Assembly: GCA_000004695.1 (NCBI GenBank)
Contig: CM000155.2
Coordinates: 224,001-288,000, forward strand
Source of the DNA: Dictyostelium discoideum
Lineage: Eukaryota
Reading direction: 5' to 3'
Length of the DNA stretch: 64,000 nt
The translations under genes and the position numbers were made by a program. Numbering within the stretch: position 1 is the stretch's first letter; the number at the start of each line of letters is the position of its first letter. Positions 55,007-64,000 of the stretch are shown here, one piece after another. The notes beneath the pieces are model-generated. The model was given only the letters and a program-made list of their open reading frames with translations. It had not been told where the DNA came from and did no database searches.

Positions 55007-55818
55007 TTATTTTTTAGACTTCTTTTGAGTTCTTTTATCATCTTTAGTATCATCAATGTCATCTTTAAAATTATTAACCTCTGTTTGATTACCTTCATTT
55101 TCAATTTTATCTTCAGTTTTAATATTTGTAGTAGTTTCGGTTGTGGTTGTAGTGGTGGTAGTAGTGGAAGTGGAAGTTTCCTTACTATTTCCTTGATTAT
55201 TTATTTTACCAGATTTTATTTCATTTTCAATATCTTCTTGAGTGATTTCTTTATTTACCATTGATTGAATATTTAAAGATTTGAATGCTTGAATTTGTTT
55301 ATCAAAATCTGATGGTACAGTTTCCCTATTCCAATATGTTAATTCATTGAATTTTGATATTGGTTCCCATTTTCTATTATTATTATCTTGTTCATCCTCA
55401 TCTCTAAATACATAGCCATCAAATCCATTTGGTATTTTTATCTTTTCACCAATTAATTGAATTCCTCTAAATGATGAATATAAATATTTTTCTGGAAAAA
55501 AAAAGAAATAAAAAAAAAAAAAAAATAAAAAAAACGAATTTTAGAATATTTGTATGTTTTTTTTTTTTATAATGATAATAATTTTAAAAAATTAAACATA
55601 CTATCATCAGGCGATGGTGTTGTTGTGGTTGTTGTTGTTGTTGTTGTGGCTGGTTTATCAGTAACTTGGAAATAATTTGAAACTTTTGCAAATCCATTAT
55701 AACCAATACTAAATGGTAAACGTTGTAAATTAATATCTTCCTCTAATGATGGATCATCTTTTATTATTCTAATCATAATATTATGATTTAAAAAACCTGT
55801 ATTAGCCCCATTTTCCAT
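55007..55818 (-). CDS. Ribonuclease H2 non-catalytic subunit C (RNASEH2C/Rnh203-like). Exons 55818..55602 and 55491..55007.
   Basis: ...LQRLPFSIGYNGFAKVSNYFQV... then SFRGIQLIGEKIKIPNGFDGYVF and KFNELTYWNRETVPSDFDKQIQAFKSLNIQ align with human [20 protein letters not shown] / [23 protein letters not shown] / [33 protein letters not shown]. Donor a|gtatgt (55601), acceptor ttccag| (55492); T-rich and acidic tail. Confidence 0.6.
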
Positions 55819-56208
55819 TATTTTTCGGGTCTAGTCGTCGTGTGGTGGTCGTGGTAATGATTTATTATTCTGAAAAATAATAAAAAAAAATTAAAAATAA
55901 ATTTTTTTTTTTTTTTTTTTTTTTTTGTTTTTTTTTTGATTTTTTTGATTTTTTATTTATTTATTTTTTTTTTTTTTTTTTTTGATTTTATTTTAATTTA
56001 TTAATAATTTTTTTTTTTTATCAACATATATATTTTTTCATTCTCTTTCCATTCCCAAAAAAAAAAAAAAAAAAAAATCTTCAAAAAGTTTTCTTTTTTT
56101 ATTTTTTTTTTTTTTATTCTTTATTTTTTATCTATTTATTTATTATTTTATTAAATTTTCATTCATTTATAAATAATATTAATAAATAAATAAAAAAAAA
56201 AAAAAACA

Positions 56209-56653
56209 ATGGAAAAATCAAAAGAAGAAGCAGCATTAATTCAAAAAGCAATTGAAAAATGTTTTTCATTATATTTATCAAGAGCAGAGATTATGTTAAT
56301 GTTACAACATCAATTTAATGTTAATCCAGAATTTTTAGAGAGTTTATTAAATAATATCGAACAAACTAATCCCGAATTCTTTAGAGTTTATTATCTAAGA
56401 TTAAGAATAAAACAACAAATACAGGATTTTAATCAACTATCAAGTTTAATTTTAAAAAATAAAAATAATCAAATTAAAATTCAAAATAATAATAGTAATA
56501 ATACTCAAAGTAATAATAATAAAAACAATAATATGAATAATAATAATAATAATAATAATAATTATATTAGTGATTTTAATAATAGTAATGAAAGAACTAA
56601 TATGTTATTATCAAATCTTCAAATGCAATTACAACAACAATTACAACAGCAAC

Positions 56654-56692
<39 letters not shown>

Positions 56693-56992
56693 GTCATCAT
56701 CATCATCATAGTGATAGTTCACCAATTCAAACATTTTCATATGACCATATAAATGGTGGTCAAAATCAAACACATTCACCACCAATGGCACCATTACCAT
56801 TACCAAGTCAAGATAATAATGGTTTATTTGCATCAGTTAGTGGTTTTCTACCTTTATCCAATAGTTTATTAAGTGTTCAACTTCCAACTTCAACTTCTCC
56901 AATATTAACCTCAAATAATAATAGTAATAGTAATAATAATAACAATAATAAAAATAATAATAATAATAATAGCAATAACAATAGCAATAACA

Positions 56993-57076
<84 letters not shown>

Positions 57077-57600
57077 GTAATAATAATAATAGTAATAGTA
57101 ATAATAATAACACAAATAATAGTAATACTAGTAGTCATTCATTATATAAGTCAACCGATTTCTTTAGTTTTTATGATCATCAAAATAATGGGACTACTAC
57201 ACCTCCTAATACGACTACAACACCACCGACAACTTCAACTACAACTCCATCTACAAACTCACCTGTAATTACATCATCTTCATCCACATCTTCCTCTTCC
57301 TCAACTAATACTACTAAAAATAGTAATAGTAATAATAATAACAATACAAATACTACAAATACAACAACCAATACTGATTCTACATCAACTGTAACAAATA
57401 CTAATACAAATTCGCCACCAATTAATTTAAATTCTACATTATTAACACCCCATTTTGCAAGTTTTATTGAACAAAGTCAACAAATTCCAAATTTAAATAA
57501 TATTGAATATAATTTTTCATTTAATCAATCATCAAATAAAATACCAATAAATGGTTTAAATCAAAGTTGTGATTTCGAATCATTTTTAAATTTAAAATAA
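56209..57600 (+). CDS. Protein with an N-terminal 'plant protein 1589' domain (Pfam PF09713-like), followed by ~400 aa of N/S/T-rich low complexity
   Basis: MEKSKEEAALIQKAIEKCFSLYLSRAEIMLMLQHQFNVNPEFLESLLNNIEQTNPEFFRVYYLRLRIKQQIQDFN resembles the ~57-aa PF09713 profile (..IE.CL.LYMSK.EVV..L...A.I.P.FT.LVW.KLEEEN.DFFRAYYIRL). This is from memory, so tentative. Confidence 0.5.
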
Positions 57601-57675
57601 ATTTTATAAAAAATAAAAAAATAAAAAATAAAAATAGAAATAAAAAAAATATTGATATTATATATATATAATTTA

Positions 57676-57706
<31 letters not shown>

Positions 57707-57773
57707 TATTAAAAAAAAAATATTATATTATATTTACAATTTGTATTTTTATTTTTATTATTTCTTTTTTTAA

Positions 57774-58462
57774 TTAATCTTTCATTTCTGAATCATTATC
57801 TTCTCCATCATCACCACCACCATTCTCGTCATCATCTGAATCCATTTTAATTGATGGTTCTTCATTTTTATTATTATTATTATCTATAGTTTCACCTTTT
57901 TCATTTCTTAAAATTTTATTTTTATCATAAACTGAAATTTGTTTTCCAAATATTTTAATTGCTGCTTTTTGACATAATCTAATTGAACCACCAACATGTA
58001 CCATTCTAAAATAAATTGGAACACCATAATATGACGTTATCAATGTTAATGCTGTCCATAATGATTTATAATATTCAAACGATACTCTAATTATAAATAT
58101 ATTTGTATCTGGATTTACATATATAACTTTAGAGAAATTATTATTTTTATTATAATTAATATTATTATTATTATTATTATTATTTGTAAAAGGGAAAGTG
58201 TTAGATTTACATAATAGAGATAATTAAAAAATAAAACAAAAACAATAATAATAATAATAATGAAAAATCAACACAATTATCAGAATCATAATATTATACT
58301 TTTTAAAGTTTTTTTAAATGCTTCATATGTTAATTCACCTAATTTTTCTTTGACTTCATTTGATATGAATTGAAATAACCATGAATCTGATAATTGTGTT
58401 GATTTTTCATTATCATGCCATATAACTTCTGTCATTAAATATCTATTCTTTAATCTAACCAT
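57774..58462 (-). CDS. pop5: RNase P/MRP protein subunit POP5. Exons 58462..58300 and 58126..57774.
   Basis: MVRLKNRYLMTEVIWHDNEKS... matches human POP5 MVRFKHRYLLCELVSDDPRC. FEYYKSLWTALTLITSYYGVPIYFRMVHVGGSIRLCQKAAIKIF matches EFYQLVWSALPFITYLENKGHRYPCFFNTLHVGGTIRTCQKFLIQY. Donor a|gtataa (58299), acceptor ctctaaag| (58127), phase 1; acidic C-terminal tail. Confidence 0.75.
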
Positions 58463-59129
58463 AATTATTAATTAATTTACTACTAAATCAAATCCTTTTC
58501 TTTTTTTTTTTTCGTTTTTTTTTTTTTTTTTTTTTTTTTTGGGAAATTGAAAATTTAAAAAATAAAAAAAAAAAAAAAAAAGTCAAAAATAAAAAAAAAA
58601 AAAGAAATAATTATATAATTATTATAGTATTTTAATATTTAAAAAATAATACTTTTTTTCAACAATTTATAATTAATAATTTTTAAATAAAAATAAGATC
58701 AAGTTTTGGAAATTTAATTTAAAATAATTTGATCAAAAATAAACCTAAATTTCAAATTAATTTTTTCTATTATTGTTTTTGGAAGTAAAATTCCAAAAAT
58801 CAAAAATAAATTGGACCTTTCTGTTAATATTTAAATTTTTTTTTTTTTTTTCTCAACTGAGTTATTCAGGAATAAATAATGTTATTTGAAAATGTCAAAT
58901 TAATAATAATAATTTAAATGGAAAAAAATTAAAAAAAAAAAAAACAAAAAAAAAAAAATAAAAATAAAAGGGAACAATTATTCAATTTTAATTTTTTATT
59001 CTGCCCACCAATTTATCTTTTTTTTAAAAAAAAAGCAAACAAATTCTAAAAATAAAATTTTTGATTAAAAATGAAAATATTTTTTTTTTTTTTTTTTTAA
59101 TTTGAAATTTTTAAATTCAACAAAAAAAT

Positions 59130-59167
<38 letters not shown>

Positions 59168-59278
59168 GGAAATTTTAAAATTAAAAAAAATTCTTTTTTA
59201 AAAACTCCCACAAACACACACACTCACATGGGATATTTACACTTTATAATTTATTTTTAAATATATACAAATAAATCC

Positions 59279-59330
<52 letters not shown>

Positions 59331-59357
59331 GGTTTTTTCCCAAAATTAAAAAATTTT

Positions 59358-59422
59358 AAAGTACCAACAGAAAAATCACGTTTATGGAAAGATGAATGTT
59401 GTTATTGTTTTGATACACCTGT

Positions 59423-59462
<40 letters not shown>

Positions 59463-61935
59463 AAATATAAATAATTTTATTAATTTTTTTTTTTTTTTAA
59501 AAAAAAATAAAAAGGAAAATGGTGAAGGATTATTTATAGATTTAATCGGATTATTAGCATTTAGTAAAAAATATGTTCAACTTAATCATCAAAAAACACA
59601 TCATCATTTATATTTAAATTTTAAAAAAGTAGCAATTGTTAATGAAAAAGTTAAAAGTCCAACTATAGAGAATGGTGGTGAAGAGAAACCACCAAAGAAA
59701 TTAGCGATTGGAGTTGAAGGTGGATTTAATGTTGAGGATGAAGAGATAAAGTATGAAGAACACTATAAGCTTTATATATTCCCAGATGATAAATTTTTAG
59801 AATTATCAGATCCAATAATACCAGAGAATGTACGTGTATGCTGTGAGAAAATTAAAACATTGAATTCACAAAGTAGAAAAGAAGAAATCGTCAGTTGGAA
59901 TGCAGAATCAGTATTCCCATCAGCATTTGCCGAATCAATCATTCAACTCGACAACAACACCAAGAAAATCGATCCTAAAGGACCATGGAGATGCGATATT
60001 GAGGGATGTGATAAGGTTGAGAATCTTTGGTTGAATTTAACCGATGGTTTCATTGGTTGCGGTAGAAAGTATGCCGATGGCACAGGTGGCAATGGCCATG
60101 CCCAAGAGCATTTCAACCAAACTCAATACCCAATCTCTGTAAAGTTAGGCACAATCACCAAAGACCATGCAGATGTTTATAGTTACCCAGAGGATGATAT
60201 GGTATCTGATCCATTGTTATTCCAACATCTAACTCATTGGGGTTTGAACCCAAACGTTATGGTGAAAACTGAGAAATCCATGGCAGAATTAGAATTGGAT
60301 CAAAATTTGAATTTCGAATTTGGCAAGATTCAAGAGAAGGGTAAGCTATTGGAGAATGTGTTTGGACCTGGTTTGACAGGTATTGAGAATCTAGGTAACA
60401 GTTGTTACATGTCATCAGTGATTCAAATGATATTCGCTATTGATTCATTCCAAACTCGTTATTTAAAAGATCGTGAAGCCTCATTCAAAGATATCACACA
60501 GGACCCAACTCAATCATTTGAAATTCAAATGAGTAAATTAGCACATGGTCTTTTATCGGGTGACTATTCAATCCCATTGAGTAAACCATCAAAAAATGCC
60601 AATGAAGAGAGTGAGGCTGCAACCCAAATTGGTATCGCACCAAAAATGTTTAAATCTTTAATTGGTGCTTCACATGCAGAGTTTTCAACAATGAAACAAC
60701 AGGATGCTCATGAATATCTTCAATATCTATTAGAGTATATTGAAAGAGCTGAACATTCTCGTCCATCTTGGATTCAACAAGCCAATCCAACTAGATTATT
60801 CCAATTTCATAATGAGGATAGAATTGAATGTGGTTCATCAGGTCAAGTAAAATATACTAGACGTTTAGAGAATATCTTATCGGTTCCAGTGAATTTAGAT
60901 GATGCAACCAATAAGCAAGAGGTTGCACAATATGAAGAGACATTGAAACAACAAAATGGTGTACGTCAAAAGGATCAAGAAGAAATTAGACCAATCATAC
61001 CATTGGTCTCTTGTATCAATGGTTTCGTTGAACCCTATAGAGTCGAGGATTTCTTATCACCAGCAACTGGTGTAAAAACATTTTCACTAAACTCTTCAAG
61101 AATGGCAACCTTCCCTGAAGTTTTAATCATTCATTTGAAAAAGTATACCTATAATGCTGATTATACTCCAAAGAAATTAAATGTTTTCATGGATGTACCA
61201 GATATTATCGATATCGATTCCCTTAGAGGTAGAGGTATCAAGGAAGGTGAAGTACCATTAAAAGAAGGTACAATCAATACCACTACAAAAGTACCAGAAC
61301 CATCATTCAATCAAGAGGTATTAGATACATTATTAAGTATGGATTTCCCATTGGTTCGTTGTAAAAAGGCATTATTAGCAACTGGTGGTAAAGATGCTGA
61401 ATTGGCAATGAATTGGATATTTGAACATACTGAAGATCCTGATATTGATATTGAACAAACACCTGTTAATAACAACAACAACAACAACAATAGTAGTAAT
61501 AGTAATGATAAACTTTTTGTATTTAATTCACAAGATGTTGATAATATTATTGGTATGGGTTTCACAGATTCTCAAGCAAAATTAGCACTTAAAAATACAA
61601 AAGGTAATCTTGAACGTGCTGCAGATTGGTTATTTAGTCATATCGATAACTTGGATGAATTGGTTGCAAAGGATAATGCTTCCACTTCATCAATTAATCC
61701 TTCCTTAATTCCTCAATCAACAACTTCACTTCAACCAGTCAGTGACGGTGTTGGTAAATATGAATTATTAGGTTTCATCTCTCATTTAGGTAATAATGTT
61801 ACATGTGGTCATTATGTTTGTCATATTAAAAAGAATAATAGATGGATTAAATTCAATGATAGACATGTTCAATTATCTGAACAACCACCAAAAGAATTAG
61901 GTTATATTTATTTCTATAAAAGACAACTAAATTAA
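59358..61935 (+). CDS. Ubiquitin carboxyl-terminal hydrolase 5/13 (isopeptidase T) with ZnF-UBP, USP catalytic domain and two UBA domains. Exons ..59358..59420 and 59515..61935; the initiator-Met exon was not identified.
   Basis: Exon ...KVPTEKSRLWKDECCYCFDTP|gtatgt matches human VPKAGDRVHKDECAFSFDTPE. Exon 2 has KKLAIGVEGGF, a ZnF-UBP (WRCDIEGCDKVENLWLNLTDGFIGCGRKYADGTGGNGHAQEHF), the Cys box GIENLGNSCYMSSVIQ, UBA1 (LLSMDFPLVRCKKALLATGGKDAELAMNWIFEH), UBA2 (IIGMGFTDSQAKLALKNTKGNLERAADWLFSH), the His box YELLGFISHLGNNVTCGHYVCHIKK and the end GYIYFYKRQLN*. The reading frame upstream of 59358 runs into a 47-nt poly(A) (poly-Lys) and a TAA at 59283 with no ATG. Confidence 0.85.
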
Positions 61936-62252
61936 ATTTTAATTTAAATAATTAATAAATAATAAATAAATAAATAAATAATAATGAATAATAATAATAT
62001 CTTAAATCACACTAAAAATAAATATATTTATTTATAAAAACTAAAAAAAAAAACTATTTGGGGATTTAATAAAAAAATTAAACTCAATCTTGAATTGAAC
62101 TTAACTTTTATAAAAGTTATGTTAATTAAAATGTATTTTTGTGTTTTTATTAATTTAATTTTTCATTTTTTAATTGTTTCAAATGATTAATTTATTTAAA
62201 ATGAAAATGATTGATTATCAGTGATGAAACGGAATATACAAAGAAGTGAACT

Positions 62253-62540
62253 TTAGCAATAGGCAAAGTCTTTATCTGGGTCAGGAAGAGCTTCATATGT
62301 TTTTTTAATTTTGTGGATAATTTTGATGATTTCTTCCTTTCTATCTTCGTGTAGAATTTCATCTCTTTCTCTACATAACTCTTTAATATTGTTCAATGAT
62401 ATACCAGGTGCCAGTAACGCAAATATTGGATTGGTGTAAAAAATTCCTTTAAACTCATCCCATTCCATTTTATTACCAAGTGAATTAAATCTGGGTAATA
62501 AACAATATTCGAGATAGTACTGACAAACAGTGACAACCAA
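62253..62540 (-). CDS. Hypothetical small ORF, possibly a separate small gene starting at MEWDEFKG (~62468)
   Basis: Non-repetitive 95-codon open frame (...EFKGIFYTNPIFALLAPGISLNNIKELCRERDEILHEDRKEEIIKIIHKIKKTYEALPDPDKDFAYC*). I could not join it to the upstream bZIP ORF by any canonical GT-AG splice. Confidence 0.2.
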   Translation of the reverse strand: MVVTVCQYYLEYCLLPRFNSLGNKMEWDEFKGIFYTNPIFALLAPGISLNNIKELCRERDEILHEDRKEEIIKIIHKIKKTYEALPDPDKDFAYC

Positions 62541-62641
62541 TTATGCATCTTGTAATGCTATTATAACATTATTAGATCCAAGATTAGTGTTCTCTGAAAA
62601 TAGTTTATCCTTTTTTGTTAAAATTGAATTCATTTGTTGTT

Positions 62642-62965
62642 TTAATAACTCATATCTTTCTTTTGGTTGTCACTTTTCTTTTTCAAATTTTCAAGATTTG
62701 CCGTCAACTCATTTATACCTGATTTCAATCCATCGATTCTGTCTCTCAAACGTCTATTTTCAACTTCTAATTCAATGGTTCTTTTTTGGCTCCTGATCTT
62801 GTCTTTTAGATTTTTAATTTTTCTTTTCTTTTCTATTTTTTCATCTTTTTTATCTTTTGAAGCAAATATAACTATTTGTGAGCCACTATAACTTCCTCTC
62901 ATAGAGCCAACTTTCTTTAAAAAATCAATTAAATATTTTTCATTATTATTATTATTATCCCTCAT
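62642..62965 (-). CDS. Small bZIP-type protein (basic region + leucine zipper, 107 aa)
   Basis: Basic region ..EKKRKIKNLKDKIRSQKRT.. (N-x6-RSQKR, close to bZIP N-x2-AA-x-RSR-x-RK) is followed immediately by Leu at perfect heptad spacing: IELEVENRRLRDRIDGLKSGINELTANLENL (L3, L10, L17, L24, L31). Confidence 0.45.
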   Translation of the reverse strand: MRDNNNNNEKYLIDFLKKVGSMRGSYSGSQIVIFASKDKKDEKIEKKRKIKNLKDKIRSQKRTIELEVENRRLRDRIDGLKSGINELTANLENLKKKSDNQKKDMSY

Positions 62966-63092
62966 TATATTTTACACAATATAAAATTTAAAAAATTAAA
63001 TAAATAGTGAAAAAAAAAAATTATAGAAGTGTGAGAAATAATTTAGAAAATAAAAATTATTTTATTTTTTTATTTTTTCCTCTATTAATTAT

Positions 63093-63127
<35 letters not shown>

Positions 63128-63190
63128 TATTATTATATTAAAATAAATAAAATAATAAAAATATTAATAGTTTTTTTTTATTTTTTTTTA

Positions 63191-63304
63191 CCAAATCATG
63201 GTACTAAAAAAGGAAGTAAAGTAGATTTTAAGAAATATATTCCATTTATTTTATTTTTTAATTTTTTTTTATCCAATCATGGTACTAAAAAAGGAAGTAA
63301 AGTA
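63191..63304. repeat. Pair of ~33-bp direct repeats 81 bp apart, (c/t)caatcatggtactaaaaaaggaagtaaagta, embedded in an A/T-rich region
   Basis: 63191..63223 and 63272..63304 are identical apart from one or two bases. Further similar A/T blocks (aaataaaat(a)ataa..atattaatagtttttttt) occur at 63140..63180 and 63700..63745. Confidence 0.7.
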
Positions 63305-63723
63305 AATTTTTTTTTTTTATTTTTTTATTTTATTTTTTATTTTATTTTTATTTTTTTTTTATTTTTTTTTTTTGATTATAATTATTTAAATATTTGATTA
63401 CTGTTTTAAATTATTTTTATTATGTAAATAAAAAAAAAAAAAATTAAACACAATCTTGAATTTGAAAGATTATTTCTTTGACCAGATAAAGGGTTAATTA
63501 TTTGTTTGTTGTACTATATTAACACCATTTTTTTGGGATTTAGATTGTTTCTGTAGTTATAATAATTTAAATTCATTGCTTCTTATTTTATAATATTTAA
63601 AATTGAATTTTCAAATAAAATTATGAAAATATTATTTTATTTTTTCCTATATTTATTTATTTTTATTTTTATTTTTTTTATTCCGTCGTTAAAAAATAAA
63701 ATAAATAAAATTAAAATATTAAT

Positions 63724-63767
<44 letters not shown>

Positions 63768-64000
63768 GTGAAAAGAAAGGCGAGAGATGGAAATAGATTA
63801 ACAAGAGTTTTTATATGTTGACATATTAAAAAAACTTTTTTTTTTTTTAAAAAATTAATTTTAAAAAATTAAAAAAATTAAAAAAAAAAAAAAGATTTTG
63901 CTTTTAGGACAGATCTATCAAAAAACACATTAACAATTAAAAAAAAAAAAAAAAAAAAATAATAAAAAAATAATACCCCCCACATTCACCCAATAAAAAT

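Overview
This window reads as nuclear DNA from a Dictyostelium-type social amoeba. It is about 80% A+T, has long homopolymer and AAT/CAA microsatellites, short AT-rich introns with GTAAGT/GTATGT donors and (T)nAG acceptors, and poly-Q/poly-N coding tracts. I resolved about 27 protein-coding genes on both strands by combining the ORF track with manual splice and frame checks. The ORF track evidently allows TTG starts, so several of its 'M' residues are really internal Leu codons. Recognised genes include a CorA/Mrs2-type Mg2+ channel, a 2-RRM RNA-binding protein, the Nup98-Nup96 nucleoporin precursor, a secreted class-3 lipase, an SLC25-type mitochondrial carrier, eIF3k, SRP72, RNase H2 subunit C, POP5, USP5/isopeptidase T, a COMM-domain protein, a bZIP mini-gene and a SAM methyltransferase. 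The Nup98-Nup96 gene carries GLFG repeats, a GLEBS motif and the HF|SKY autocleavage site. The stand-out is a gene of more than 4,100 codons (36638..49157) that combines two blocks of ankyrin repeats with a C-terminal SecA-like preprotein-translocase ATPase motor (NBD1, PPXD-like insert, NBD2). That is a bacterial/plastid module in an organism without plastids. Other points worth a second look are a 10-bp tandem duplication that frameshifts the nup98 FG domain, a 4.6-kb gene-poor interval holding a frameshifted coding relic and a (G)13 run, a GPI-signal exon the ORF track missed, and several unresolved terminal exons. No tRNA, rRNA or CRISPR features were found.
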